In this document: positions 53,641 to 63,133 of the stretch, piece by piece | Position numbering within the stretch: the stretch's first letter is position 1 | Layout: every line of letters starts with the position of its first letter | Source of the DNA: a virus | Length of the DNA stretch: 64,000 nt | Reading direction: 5' to 3' (one strand) | Virus record (IMG/VR): IMGVR_UViG_3300037471_000630 | Span: 2,242 to 66,241 of that record | Translations under genes and position numbers: made by a program | The notes under the pieces: model-generated | Seen by the model: the letters and a program-made list of their open reading frames with translations, nothing else | The model's database searches: none | Told to the model about the DNA's origin: nothing

Positions 53641-54374
53641 TGGCCGGTGAGTGGATCAAGTTCGAGTGCAATCTGCCGGAGAAGCCGGAGGTTCTCGCCA
53701 TCACGGCGGCACTCGGCTGGGACGATCCTGACCTGACCGTCGGCAAGCTGATGCGCCTGTTCCGCTGGTTCGATCAGCAGACAGTCGGCGGTAACGCTGC
53801 TGGCGTTACACCAGCGTTGCTGGATCGGATCATCGGCGTTTCAGGTTTCGCGCAAGCAGTCGCGAACGTCGGCTGGTTGCACTTCGATGCGCACGGCGTC
53901 TCTCTGGAAAAGTTCGATCGGCACAACGGCGCTAGTGCTAAAGCACGCGCACAGACCGCGAAACGGGTTGCCAACCATCGCGGTAACGCCGCCGGTAACG
54001 GTGTCGATAACGCCGACCGTAACGCTGACGGCGTTACAGCACCGTTAGCTAGAGAGAGAGAAGAAAAGAATAAGAACCCTTCGGGTTCTAGCGCTACGGC
54101 AAAGCCTGCGCGCAAGCCGCGCGGTGCGCGGGTGGTGCCAAGCGACTTCGTCGTCACCGACGACATGGCTGCCTGGGTGCAGAAGAACGCTCCTGCCGTC
54201 GACTGGCGGCGCGAGACCGAGAAGTTCCGCGACTGGGAGTTCAAGCACCCTCGGAGCGACTGGGGCAAGGTCTGGCGCACCTGGATGCGCAAGGCGCAGG
54301 AGGACGCTGAGCGTGGTCCGGGCCGCCGCGGCGGATCCGCTGGCGCGGCCGACTGGACGGGGGCCGCAACGTGA
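53640..54374 (+). CDS. Replication initiator protein (O-like)
   Basis: MAG.WIK....L..KPEV, VG.L.R...WFD and F.RHNG.SAK.RA motifs, internal iterons, C-terminal F.D......DW...WR.W. Confidence 0.82.
   Translation: MAGEWIKFECNLPEKPEVLAITAALGWDDPDLTVGKLMRLFRWFDQQTVGGNAAGVTPALLDRIIGVSGFAQAVANVGWLHFDAHGVSLEKFDRHNGASAKARAQTAKRVANHRGNAAGNGVDNADRNADGVTAPLAREREEKNKNPSGSSATAKPARKPRGARVVPSDFVVTDDMAAWVQKNAPAVDWRRETEKFRDWEFKHPRSDWGKVWRTWMRKAQEDAERGPGRRGGSAGAADWTGAAT
53980..54076. repeat. Iteron-like TAACG repeats plus purine tract: probable replication origin
   Basis: GGTAACGCC, GGTAACGGT, GATAACGCC, CGTAACGCT and inverted CGTTAC/CGTTAG, followed by AGAGAGAGAGAAGAAAAGAATAAGAA. A further GTAACGC..GCGTTAC palindrome lies near 53791. 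Confidence 0.7.
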
Positions 54375-54835
54375 AGCAGCGCCCTTGGTACGCCATCAAC
54401 GCCCGTCAGCTGCTCGAGCAGCGCCAGGCCGGGAATGTGCCGGCCGACCCGGTCTACGTGGTCCTGAACGACGACCCGGCGCCCGCGCCGGCGCTCTACG
54501 TCAAGCCCGACATGCCGGTCGCGCGCATGGACTGGCGGATGCTGGTCAACGTCGATGTGTGGCTCTGGGCGACGCCGGCCGTGGAGCTCGCCCGGGTGCT
54601 GGCCGTGTGCGCCGGCATCGCGGCCGCGCGCCCGGCGGACCTGACCCTGCGCTTCTGCATCGGCGAAACGCTGCACGACATCGGCGTGGGCTGGGGCACG
54701 CACTTCGACGGCGAGGCAGGCATCCCGCCGGCGCACTGGTTCACCTGGGCGCCCGTCAACCTGAACGGCAGCGACGTCGGCGGCAAGCTGCGCCGCGCGC
54801 TGCTGGGCGTCCACCCGCGGAGGACTCGCCTGTGA
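54371..54835 (+). CDS. Hypothetical protein between initiator and helicase
   Basis: GTGA overlaps on both sides. Confidence 0.65.
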   Translation: MKQRPWYAINARQLLEQRQAGNVPADPVYVVLNDDPAPAPALYVKPDMPVARMDWRMLVNVDVWLWATPAVELARVLAVCAGIAAARPADLTLRFCIGETLHDIGVGWGTHFDGEAGIPPAHWFTWAPVNLNGSDVGGKLRRALLGVHPRRTRL

Positions 54836-55749
54836 ATCTCCTGACCGACAAGATCGACTTCGATGCCTACTTCCGCGACCACGCGGACGAGGGCGCGAAG
54901 GTCAAGCCGGCCTCGAGCTGGGCCGACGAGGTGATCGACCGGTTCTACGGGCAGGGCGCGGCGCACAACTGGACGCGCACCGGCTTCGACAAGGCCGACG
55001 GCAAGTTCGATCTGCGACCCGGCGAAGTGACGCTGTGGGCCGGCGTGAACGGCCACGGCAAGACCACTTTCCTGTCGCACACGATGCTCAACGTGATGCG
55101 CGAGGGCCAGAAGGTCTGCATCGCCTCGATGGAGATGAAGCCGCGCGACACGATGGCGAAGCTGTCGTCGCAGGCCGCCGGCCTGGCGTGCCCGACCCGG
55201 GAGTTCATCCGCGCCTTCCACGGCTGGACGAACGGCAAGCTGTGGATCTACGACCACCTGGGCCGGCTGGCCTCGAGCCGCGCGCTGGCTGTGGCGACCT
55301 ACGCCCGCAAGGAGATCCGGGTCGACCACATCGTCATCGACTCGCTCATGAAGTGCGGCATCGGAGTGGACGATCTGACGGGGCAGAAGGACTTCGTCGA
55401 CGGCCTGTGCGCGATCGCTCGGGACACTGGGCTGCACATCCACTTGGTGGTGCACATGCGCAAGGGCGAGGACGAGCGCAAGGCGCCGGGCAAGTTCGAC
55501 GTCAAGGGCGCCGGCGAGGTCACGGACCTGGTCGACAACCTGGTCATCGTCTGGAAGAACCTGCGCAAGCCGGAAGCGGAGCCCAGCAGCGACCCGGATG
55601 CCTTCGTCCGCGTCGCCAAGCAGCGGCACTTCCCGTGGGAGGGGAGCTTCGCGTTCTGGTTCCACAAGGACAGCCAGCAGTTCCTGGAGCACGAGCGGAG
55701 CCGGGTGTCCTATCTTGACCTGCGGCTGCCCGAGATGGAGGCCGCCTGA
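54832..55749 (+). CDS. DnaB-like (SF4) helicase, C-terminal domain only
   Basis: GVNGHGKT Walker A, SMEM, IVIDSL, LVVH, VKGAG and AKQR motifs. Confidence 0.88.
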   Translation: MNLLTDKIDFDAYFRDHADEGAKVKPASSWADEVIDRFYGQGAAHNWTRTGFDKADGKFDLRPGEVTLWAGVNGHGKTTFLSHTMLNVMREGQKVCIASMEMKPRDTMAKLSSQAAGLACPTREFIRAFHGWTNGKLWIYDHLGRLASSRALAVATYARKEIRVDHIVIDSLMKCGIGVDDLTGQKDFVDGLCAIARDTGLHIHLVVHMRKGEDERKAPGKFDVKGAGEVTDLVDNLVIVWKNLRKPEAEPSSDPDAFVRVAKQRHFPWEGSFAFWFHKDSQQFLEHERSRVSYLDLRLPEMEAA

Positions 55750-56168
55750 TGGTCGAGTTCTTCGTCCCCGGCCAGCCTGTCGGCAAAGGCCGCCCTCGAA
55801 TCGGGCGCGTCGCCGGCCACGCCCGGATGTTCACGCCCGAGAAGACCGTCAGCTACGAGTCGACGGTCAAGCTGTTCGCCTCCCGTGCCATGGCGGGCCG
55901 CGCGCTGATCGAAGGTGCGGTGCGCGTCGAGATGCTCATCGCCTGCCAGATCCCGGCCAGCTGGTCGCAGAAGAAACAGGCCAGCGCCGCAGCCGGCGGC
56001 GTGCTGCCCACCACCAAGCCGGATGTCGACAACGTCGAGAAGGCGCTGTTCGACGCCATGAACGGTGTCGTCTGGAAGGACGACGTCCAGGTGGTGAGTG
56101 TCGTGAAGGACAAGCGGTACAGCCCGTTGCCGGGCGTGACCGTCACCGTCGAGGAGATCGCCCCGTGA
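55749..56168 (+). CDS. rusA: RusA-family Holliday junction resolvase
   Basis: PVGKGRPR and KPDVDN..K...DAMNG..W.DD.QV motifs. Confidence 0.92.
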   Translation: MVEFFVPGQPVGKGRPRIGRVAGHARMFTPEKTVSYESTVKLFASRAMAGRALIEGAVRVEMLIACQIPASWSQKKQASAAAGGVLPTTKPDVDNVEKALFDAMNGVVWKDDVQVVSVVKDKRYSPLPGVTVTVEEIAP

Positions 56169-56377
56169 TGAATCTCAAGAGTGCCCTGAAGGTCCGCGCC
56201 GCCAAGCAGAGCGGCCAGGCGGTGTCGGAGAAGCAGGAGCAGGACGCAGGCCTGCGGCTGTCCCCGCACTGGAAGCGAAAGCCGAAGAACCTGCAGGACG
56301 TACCGGATCAGAGCGGCGTTGACGCGCGGCTGGCGTTCCGGCTGTTCCGGGCCTGCAAGCCGGCGGCGGTGGCTTGA
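56168..56377 (+). CDS. Hypothetical protein
   Basis: TGATG coupling. Confidence 0.5.
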   Translation: MNLKSALKVRAAKQSGQAVSEKQEQDAGLRLSPHWKRKPKNLQDVPDQSGVDARLAFRLFRACKPAAVA

Positions 56378-56505
56378 TGACACACGACGAGCGCGTGATG
56401 GAGCACGACGAAGCGGCCGAGCGCCGCACCCTCCTGTACCGCTTCTGGTCGCTGTGGCTGTCCATCTGGTCGGCTTGGGGCGATCCGTTCGACATCGGGC
56501 TATGA
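56377..56505 (+). CDS. 42-aa Trp-rich peptide
   Basis: Fills the gap exactly, with TGATG and ATGA overlaps. Confidence 0.45.
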   Translation: MTHDERVMEHDEAAERRTLLYRFWSLWLSIWSAWGDPFDIGL

Positions 56506-57026
56506 CCGAAGTCATGCTCGTCAAGCAGGCCAGCCTGGAGGGCTTCACCGAAGCCGAGAAGGCGGCGGTGCGCAAGTTCCTGTTCGAGGCGGTGGACGGC
56601 CACGGCAAGCAGGGCAAGGCCCTTTGGCGCCGGCTCTGGGGGCGCGTCAACAAGGCCGAGATCGGCGAGATGTTCCGGCTGATCTTCAACCAGCCGCGGT
56701 CAGGCAAGTTCCACCGCTTCCACATGGCGCTGGAGCAGCGCGTGTTCGACCACCAGGAGCGGTTCGCGCAGTTCGAGCCGTTCCGGCAGTGGCTGAAGAT
56801 CGGCGCCGGCTGGTGCGACTGGCTGCCCGGTCCCAAGGGCGGGATCGTGCCCATCCCCAAGTCCACCAGCTACGCCGAGTGCGACGAAGACCAGATGCGC
56901 GAGGTGCACGACAGCATGGTCGTGTTCCTGCGCACCGCCCACGCCCAGAAGGCCCTTTGGCCCCACCTCAAGGAAACGCAGCGCAGCGAGATGCTGGAGA
57001 CGCTGCTGGCGGAGTTCGACCAATGA
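56502..57026 (+). CDS. DUF1367-like protein (nin region)
   Basis: PR...FHR, FE.FR.WL.IGAG and PKS.SYA..D motifs. Confidence 0.72.
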   Translation: MTEVMLVKQASLEGFTEAEKAAVRKFLFEAVDGHGKQGKALWRRLWGRVNKAEIGEMFRLIFNQPRSGKFHRFHMALEQRVFDHQERFAQFEPFRQWLKIGAGWCDWLPGPKGGIVPIPKSTSYAECDEDQMREVHDSMVVFLRTAHAQKALWPHLKETQRSEMLETLLAEFDQ

Positions 57027-57418
57027 ACCTCGATCGCATCCTCACGTCTGCCCCGATCAATCACACGGCCGCGCGCGTCGTTTCGTCGCCGCGCAACCCG
57101 GTGCCGATGGGGGATCTCACGCGCGCGGAACTGATCGCGCTCATGGACCGCCTGCAGCGCAAGCATCGGCTCCTGAAGGTGGTTCTCGGCATCACGAAGA
57201 AGTCGCAGGCAAAGAACCTCACTTACATGCTCAAGGGCATGCAGAAGGGACTGGGCAAGCGCGGGAGCGGCGTCAACCGCGTGGCACGCGACCCACGAGC
57301 GGCGCTGGAGCTGATCCGGGTGGGCGACGAGATCCAGCGCATGAACCGCCGCCTGCAGGAACTTAAGGCTGCTCAGACCGGGAAGTCTGTTGTTCAACAC
57401 GGATGGGAGACAGCCTGA
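57023..57418 (+). CDS. Basic hypothetical protein
   Basis: Coupled on both sides. Confidence 0.55.
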   Translation: MNLDRILTSAPINHTAARVVSSPRNPVPMGDLTRAELIALMDRLQRKHRLLKVVLGITKKSQAKNLTYMLKGMQKGLGKRGSGVNRVARDPRAALELIRVGDEIQRMNRRLQELKAAQTGKSVVQHGWETA

Positions 57419-57759
57419 TGCGTCTGTACATCGCGGGGCCCATGTCAAACCTACCCGGCCTGAACTTCCCGGCCTTCCATGCCGCCGCCGCGCGCCTTCG
57501 CGCCGCTGGCTTCGACGTGGTGAACCCGGCCGAGATCAACGTCGACCCGTCGATGGGCTGGGCCACCTGCATGCGCGCCGACATCGCCCAGCTCGTGACC
57601 TGCGACGCCATCGCAATGCTGGCCGGCTGGAAGAACAGCCGCGGCGCCACGCTGGAGCACCACATCGCCACGCAGCTGGGGATGGAGGTGATCGACCTGG
57701 CGGACGACGGAATCGATCTCAACCCCGATGCAGCGGCGGTTCCCGCTGCGCAATCCTGA
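57418..57759 (+). CDS. DUF4406 / nucleoside 2-deoxyribosyltransferase-like protein
   Basis: YIAGPM.....N.PAF, NPAE and CD.I.ML.GW..S.GA.LE motifs. Confidence 0.85.
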   Translation: MRLYIAGPMSNLPGLNFPAFHAAAARLRAAGFDVVNPAEINVDPSMGWATCMRADIAQLVTCDAIAMLAGWKNSRGATLEHHIATQLGMEVIDLADDGIDLNPDAAAVPAAQS

Positions 57760-57773
57760 AGGAGAACACGAGC

Positions 57774-58043
57774 ATGGGATTCAAGGTCGGCGACAACGTG
57801 AAGTGGAGCAGCCAGGCCATGGGCGGCTGGAAAGAAAAGACCGGAGAGGTCGTGCAGGTGGTGCCCGCGGGAGGCAGGGTCGAGCCGCGCGCACTGCAGT
57901 CGCGCCTCAAGGCGCGCAGCGCCCTCGGCTACGGCAGCCCGCGCAACCATGAGAGCTACATCGTGGCTGTGGCCGGCGGCACGACCGACAAGGCCAAGCC
58001 GGTTCTCTACTGGCCGGTCGTCAGCAAGCTCGCCAAGGCCTGA
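57774..58043 (+). CDS. Hypothetical SH3/KOW-like protein
   Basis: FKVGD.V.W.SQ, R.HESY.V and YWP motifs; AAGGAG RBS. Confidence 0.65.
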   Translation: MGFKVGDNVKWSSQAMGGWKEKTGEVVQVVPAGGRVEPRALQSRLKARSALGYGSPRNHESYIVAVAGGTTDKAKPVLYWPVVSKLAKA

Positions 58044-58054
58044 CAGGACCGCCC

Positions 58055-58525
58055 ATGGCGTTCGGCCGCCCCACCATCGAACAGCGCCAGGCCCAGCGCC
58101 AGGCGCAAAAGACCGCCAACTTGCAGGCGCTGGCCACCGTGCCGGCGCGGTCCCTGCATAAGGGTACGTACAGCGGCAACACCAGCGGCCAGCCGGTGGA
58201 GAAGGAGAACGCTCTCCAGCACGTCGGCTACATGGCTGCGGTGCGCGCGCTCGGCTACTGCATGTTGTGCAAGCGGTCCTGCCGGCCGCAGTTCTGCCAT
58301 GCGGACGAGGGAAAGGGCGAGCGGATTAAGACCGACGTCCGTCGCGGCTGGCCCGGATGCGGCCCCGGCGAGTGGGGCCCCGGATGCCACTACCTAGTGG
58401 GCACCAGCGGGACCTACCTGAAAGAGCAACGCCGCGCGCTGGAGGCCGAGCTCGGCCGGCGCACGCGGGAAGCGGTCAAGGCTGCCGGGCTGTGGCCTGC
58501 GCGGCTTCCGATGTGGAAGGAGTGA
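58055..58525 (+). CDS. HNH-like zinc-binding protein (DUF968/Ref-like)
   Basis: Y...VR.L..CMLC.......H....G...K.D......C......CH pattern. Confidence 0.6.
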   Translation: MAFGRPTIEQRQAQRQAQKTANLQALATVPARSLHKGTYSGNTSGQPVEKENALQHVGYMAAVRALGYCMLCKRSCRPQFCHADEGKGERIKTDVRRGWPGCGPGEWGPGCHYLVGTSGTYLKEQRRALEAELGRRTREAVKAAGLWPARLPMWKE

Positions 58526-58529
58526 ACCG

Positions 58530-58886
58530 ATGCTGATGATCGACATCGACTTCTGGGACTTCAAGGTGGTGGACGACGCCACTGGTCAAGAGCTGAAGGA
58601 CGTCCGCTGGATCGACCCGCAGGCGCTGGAGTACGCCGTCATCGCACATCCGTACCGGTTCGTGTTCGGCACGTTCAACCTGGCGGTGGACGTTACGAAA
58701 GTCACAGCGGTCCGAGTCGATTACGTGAATCGCGTGATCCACGTCAATGAGCCGGCGCCTGTGACGGCAGGGATCACCGTGCGCGAGCTTGACGCCTGCG
58801 CCGAGTGCTGCCAGGAAACGACCTGCTCGCGGATCAACTACTGCGCCGCCGGGCGCTGCAACTTCGGGGAGTTCGCAAGGCCATGA
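58530..58886 (+). CDS. Hypothetical protein with Cys-rich C-terminus
   Basis: AAGGAG RBS; CAECCQETTC...C....C. Confidence 0.6.
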   Translation: MLMIDIDFWDFKVVDDATGQELKDVRWIDPQALEYAVIAHPYRFVFGTFNLAVDVTKVTAVRVDYVNRVIHVNEPAPVTAGITVRELDACAECCQETTCSRINYCAAGRCNFGEFARP

Positions 58887-59305
58887 GCGAGAAGATCTTC
58901 ATCTGGCCGAAGCCGGCCGGCAATCCAGAACAGATCGCACAGCAGGTGCGGGAAGCCATGGACCGGTGCCGGCCGCGTTTCGTGTACCGAGGCTTTCCGG
59001 CTCTCCAGCATCTCCCGGGCGCCTCCACGGCCGCCGACGACAGCTATGGTCGACCGCTTCGGATTGTCACGGGCAGCGGGCCCGTTGCCGGAGAAGTGGT
59101 CGCCGAAGTGACCTTGACGACGCCGGAGTACAGCGAGTCCTTCAAGGAGTTAGCAGACGGCATCCAGCAGCCGATCCGCATCATCTGGACCAGCGACACC
59201 GGCTGGGTCGACAAGTGCGACTCCTGCGCGAACGACAACACGTGCAAGCGCCTGAACCAATGCCTTCGCTACAAGTGCGAGTTCGGGAAGGCTAGCCCGC
59301 CATGA
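58883..59305 (+). CDS. Hypothetical protein with Cys-rich C-terminus
   Basis: CDSC....TC.R.N.C....C.FG. Confidence 0.55.
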   Translation: MSEKIFIWPKPAGNPEQIAQQVREAMDRCRPRFVYRGFPALQHLPGASTAADDSYGRPLRIVTGSGPVAGEVVAEVTLTTPEYSESFKELADGIQQPIRIIWTSDTGWVDKCDSCANDNTCKRLNQCLRYKCEFGKASPP

Positions 59306-59685
59306 TGCGGATCGTCGGCCCCACGTATATGGCCAAGCCGCGGCTGTACCTGTTCGGCGATGGGGACTGGTGCTGCACGATCATCGGACACAGCCTGTCC
59401 GGCCACGCCAGCACGCCCAAGGCCGCCTATGACTGCTGGCGCGAAGAGGTGCAAGCAGACCACGCGCGCGAGTACGCCCACGATCCAGAGCATCACCTCT
59501 ATTTTCCGGGCGATCCTGAGTGGGCCGACTTCGCCACGCTAAAGCGCATCGAGAAGGCCTTACAGGGCCCGCGCGTGGAGATGCCAGTCGGCCTGTCAAC
59601 GACCGAGAAGCTCTCCTTCATCAATGGTGCTGCAGCGGCGTTCACCGCCATGCAGGAGCACGCGAAGGAGATCAGCAAGCCATGA
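59302..59685 (+). CDS. Hypothetical protein
   Basis: ATGA overlaps. Confidence 0.55.
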   Translation: MMRIVGPTYMAKPRLYLFGDGDWCCTIIGHSLSGHASTPKAAYDCWREEVQADHAREYAHDPEHHLYFPGDPEWADFATLKRIEKALQGPRVEMPVGLSTTEKLSFINGAAAAFTAMQEHAKEISKP

Positions 59686-60068
59686 ACAACCTCTTCTCCG
59701 CCCTGATGACCCCGCTGGTGCACCGGCCGGGGGATCCGCACCCACCGCGCCGCAAGGAGCCTAAGCCGATCAAGGTGCTCAGCCCGGAGCAACTGCGCCG
59801 CCGAGAGAAGTCCAAGCGCCGGCCGAACGCCAATCTTCCCCACATCGTCAACCCCTGGGGTCTGGCTCCTGTCCGCTGCGCGGTGGTTGGCGCCATCGCT
59901 GCCGGGAAGGAAAACGCCGAGATCGCGGCCAGCCTGAACATCTCCAGCAAGACCGTGGAGACGCACATCCAGCGGGCAAAGGAGGCGATGGGTGGCGTCA
60001 ACCGGGTGCGTCTCGGCGTGCTCTGGGATCGCTTCGTTCGGGGCGACAACTACCAGGACGCCGCATGA
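59682..60068 (+). CDS. LuxR/GerE-type HTH regulator
   Basis: G..N.EIA..L.IS.KTVE.H......MG..NR. Confidence 0.82.
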   Translation: MNNLFSALMTPLVHRPGDPHPPRRKEPKPIKVLSPEQLRRREKSKRRPNANLPHIVNPWGLAPVRCAVVGAIAAGKENAEIAASLNISSKTVETHIQRAKEAMGGVNRVRLGVLWDRFVRGDNYQDAA

Positions 60069-60580
60069 GCCGGGAGATCATCGAGTCCATCTTCGCGCGC
60101 TGCGTCGAGATCGGCGACTGCAAGATCTGGAAGGGCGCGTACACCGACTCCGGCATGCCAGCCATGTACGTGCCCGGCAAGAAGGGCCTGCGCAAGGTGC
60201 GCCCGATCCTCTACGCCGCCCAGCATGGCGCGGTGCCGCCCGGCAAGGTGATCAGCCCCAGCTGCGGCGAGAAGGGCTGTCTGTGCCATCTGGAGGCAGT
60301 CACCAAGAGCCAGAGCGCCCTGTGGGCGGCGCAGCGCGGCGCGCTAGGCCGGCCGGCGCAGATCCGCAAGGGCGCGATGACCAAGCGGGCGCAGTCCTGG
60401 ATCACCGAGGAGATGGTGGCCCGGATCAAGGCCGCACCCAATGGCAAGGTGGCCGCAGAACTCACGGGCGTGAGCCACAGCCACGCCAAGAACATCCGGC
60501 GCGGCACGGCGCGGGCTGACTTCGGCAACCCGTTCGGCGGGCTCATGGCTGCCAATGAAAAACTCGTGGCGAGGGTCTGA
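60065..60580 (+). CDS. Degenerate HNH-like protein with C-terminal HTH
   Basis: C.IWKGA, C....C..HL.AVT...and AAELTGVS...IRRG motifs. Confidence 0.6.
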   Translation: MSREIIESIFARCVEIGDCKIWKGAYTDSGMPAMYVPGKKGLRKVRPILYAAQHGAVPPGKVISPSCGEKGCLCHLEAVTKSQSALWAAQRGALGRPAQIRKGAMTKRAQSWITEEMVARIKAAPNGKVAAELTGVSHSHAKNIRRGTARADFGNPFGGLMAANEKLVARV

Positions 60581-61324
60581 ATGGAGATCATTTCGAGAGC
60601 GTCAGCATCGGCAGCTGGATTGACGCGCTACTTCACCGGAACTCCTTGCAAGCATGGGCATGTTTGCGAGAGGCTTGTGTCCAACAGAGGTTGCATTGCC
60701 TGCGCAGGCATCATATGCAAGCGGTATATCGCGAAGAATCCCGATCGCCGCGAGGCAATCCAGGCGAGCTGGCGGGCTCGCAATGCTGACCACGTCGCCA
60801 ACTACGCGAAGGCCACAAGGCAAGACAAGTATGCGAAAGCCGCTGCGCAGCGGCGCGCGAATCCTGAGTTCTATCGTGAGCAGGCCCGCATCTATCGCGA
60901 AGCAAACAAAGAGCTTTGCAACGAACGGTCGCGGAGATCGGTAGCGCGCAAGCCCGAGTACTACCGAAAGAAGGGCTTGCAATGGCATGCCGACAACCCG
61001 GGAAAGTCCAATGCCGGAGTGCAAGCAAGGCGAGCAGCCAAGGCGTCAAGGACGCCCAGCTGGGCCGATGACTCCGCGATCAGGGCTGTGTACGAGCTCG
61101 CCCAAGAGGCTGGACTGACCGTCGATCACATCGTGCCGCTGCGCGGTCGGCTCGTGTCGGGGCTACATGTCGAGAACAACCTGCAGCTGCTGACCCTGGC
61201 TGAAAACGTCCGCAAAGGCAACAAGTTCCGCCCCGAAGAGTTCCACATGGGACCGGGGCCGCATCCCAGCGTGGCCGATCGCATCCGTTCGGCCGCAGCC
61301 GACGTCAAGGTCTACATCGGCTGA
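60581..61324 (+). CDS. HNH endonuclease
   Basis: YFTG.PC.HGH..R......C..C, TP.WAD and VDHIVPL.G..VSGLHV..NLQ......N..K.N motifs; visibly more AT-rich than neighbours. Confidence 0.88.
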   Translation: MEIISRASASAAGLTRYFTGTPCKHGHVCERLVSNRGCIACAGIICKRYIAKNPDRREAIQASWRARNADHVANYAKATRQDKYAKAAAQRRANPEFYREQARIYREANKELCNERSRRSVARKPEYYRKKGLQWHADNPGKSNAGVQARRAAKASRTPSWADDSAIRAVYELAQEAGLTVDHIVPLRGRLVSGLHVENNLQLLTLAENVRKGNKFRPEEFHMGPGPHPSVADRIRSAAADVKVYIG

Positions 61325-61347
61325 AACCACAAGCAGAGGAGTACCCC

Positions 61348-61503
61348 ATGATCGCCACCTACCTGATCGCCAGCGCAATCCTGTTCACGCTCTTCGCAGT
61401 CTGCTGCATGAGGCCGCCGCGCAAGGACACGGACATCTATGCGGCGATGCTGCACACCGCCTTCGCCGTGCTCGGCTGGGTCGCCGTCGCCCGCTGGTTC
61501 TGA
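61348..61503 (+). CDS. Small two-TM membrane peptide
   Basis: GAGGAG RBS; 51 aa, hydrophobic. Confidence 0.55.
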   Translation: MIATYLIASAILFTLFAVCCMRPPRKDTDIYAAMLHTAFAVLGWVAVARWF

Positions 61504-61516
61504 CGGCAGGACAACC

Positions 61517-61729
61517 ATGAAGCAAACACTCTCCATCACCGTCCGAGGCCGGGAGAAGACCTGGGCCTTCAACTTCAAGGGCGACCCGAAGTATCTCGAG
61601 GAATGGGAAGCAGACGGGCTGGAGGTCTACGAGGTGTTGAACACCATTCCCGAATGGGCCCAGCGCATGGGCCTGACGCACATTTGGTGCAGGGGTCAGG
61701 ACGCATGGCGCTTCCTGCGCCTCTGGTAG
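61517..61729 (+). CDS. Hypothetical protein
   Basis: AGGA RBS; W..DGLEV....NTIP.W motif. Confidence 0.6.
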   Translation: MKQTLSITVRGREKTWAFNFKGDPKYLEEWEADGLEVYEVLNTIPEWAQRMGLTHIWCRGQDAWRFLRLW

Positions 61730-61751
61730 GACCGAAAAGAGGAGTACCACC

Positions 61752-62675
61752 ATGTACGACGGAAACGACGACACCAAGCCGCCATGCATTGGAGAGCGGT
61801 ACGCCGGCGCGATCAGCGAAGGCAGTACGAGGGTCGGCAACGACTCCAACCGTGGCACGCCCGGCGACATCGTGGCGGCCGCCGGTATGGGCCGCTACCG
61901 CCTGGGCCAAGCGCTGATGCGGCTGTCGTCGGAGTGGCACTCAGGCGCGGTGCCGAAGGCGGGGAAGCTGCCGGACGTCAAAGACTTGGCGCGGCGCATC
62001 GCCAGCCAGCGTATCGAGGCCGAGATCGCCAAGAAGGGAACGCTGAAGCGCCCTGAGCGCGACGAGGCGCGGGCGAAGAACACCATCACCAAGGCCGACA
62101 TGGATTTGGCGGCGGCGCAGCTGAAGACGCTGACGGCGCGCGCGACCGACTGGACCGGCCAGGAGAACCAGCTGCGCTTCCAGCGCCTGAAGACCTTGCC
62201 TGAAGTGCGCCGCGCGCTGCTGCATTGGGCCACGGAGCGGGGCTGGGAGGACGCTGAGCACCTGATCGCGCAGGTGCTGCAGCGGTTCCTGTCCCCCGTC
62301 TGCCCGGAGTGCGACGGCTCCGGCCTGCGGGTGACGCCCGGCACGCTGGGGCGGGAGATCACGATGCGCTGCAAGGCCGAGGCCTGCCAGAAGGACAAGG
62401 GCATGGCCAAGGTGCCGTACGGCGGCCGCGGCCAGCGCCTGCTGGACCATCTGGAGGTGTGCAAGGCGACGGCGGCGCACGACCTGCGCCAGGGCCTGCG
62501 GAAGGCCCGGCAGCCGGGCAACACCGAAGCGCGGGAGAACATGCGCGCAGCCGAGGCGGTCGAGATGCTGACCCGGGCCGACCGGGAGGCCGAAGCGGAC
62601 GCGAAGCAGGACACGGCGGCGGTGGCGGAGCACTTCCGCCGGAGCATGGGCAGCCGTGGGCGGTCTGGGTCATGA
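61752..62675 (+). CDS. Late-gene regulator, Q-antiterminator-like
   Basis: ERY..A, D...AAG and CPECDGSG...C...C...G zinc finger; near the end of the early-right operon, upstream of a late promoter and terminator. Confidence 0.65.
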   Translation: MYDGNDDTKPPCIGERYAGAISEGSTRVGNDSNRGTPGDIVAAAGMGRYRLGQALMRLSSEWHSGAVPKAGKLPDVKDLARRIASQRIEAEIAKKGTLKRPERDEARAKNTITKADMDLAAAQLKTLTARATDWTGQENQLRFQRLKTLPEVRRALLHWATERGWEDAEHLIAQVLQRFLSPVCPECDGSGLRVTPGTLGREITMRCKAEACQKDKGMAKVPYGGRGQRLLDHLEVCKATAAHDLRQGLRKARQPGNTEARENMRAAEAVEMLTRADREAEADAKQDTAAVAEHFRRSMGSRGRSGS

Positions 62676-63133
62676 ACATCCTCGATCACATTGCGCGGCA
62701 CTTGGCCGCGCACCCCATCGCCAACGGCGACTGCATCGCGGCAGAGAAGCTGGGATGCACCCCATACGGCGTCACCTCAACCAAGGAAACAAGCATGATC
62801 GGCGACCCCCATTTCAAGACATTCGTGAAGCTGGCAGACCAGCCGGCGCAGAAGCGGTGCCAGCTGAAGGCGCGGTCGGTGCATGTTGGGCACGGCCGCC
62901 GCGGCCAAGGCGTCGTCTATCTAGACGTGGCGCCGACCTACGCATTCGACACCGTCGTCATGCAAGCTGTGGCGGCGAAAGCGCCGATGCAGCTGGGGCT
63001 CGAGTTGTGCGACGGCAGGCGCATGCTGTTCACTGGCCGTGCGGAGCTGAACATTCCAGTGATGGCTGGCGCCCAGATGGAGGTGTTACAGCGCCTCTGC
63101 GTGCGGTTTACGCGGCTGGAGCACTTCCGGTGA
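62672..63133 (+). CDS. Hypothetical protein
   Basis: ATGA overlap. Confidence 0.5.
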   Translation: MNILDHIARHLAAHPIANGDCIAAEKLGCTPYGVTSTKETSMIGDPHFKTFVKLADQPAQKRCQLKARSVHVGHGRRGQGVVYLDVAPTYAFDTVVMQAVAAKAPMQLGLELCDGRRMLFTGRAELNIPVMAGAQMEVLQRLCVRFTRLEHFR

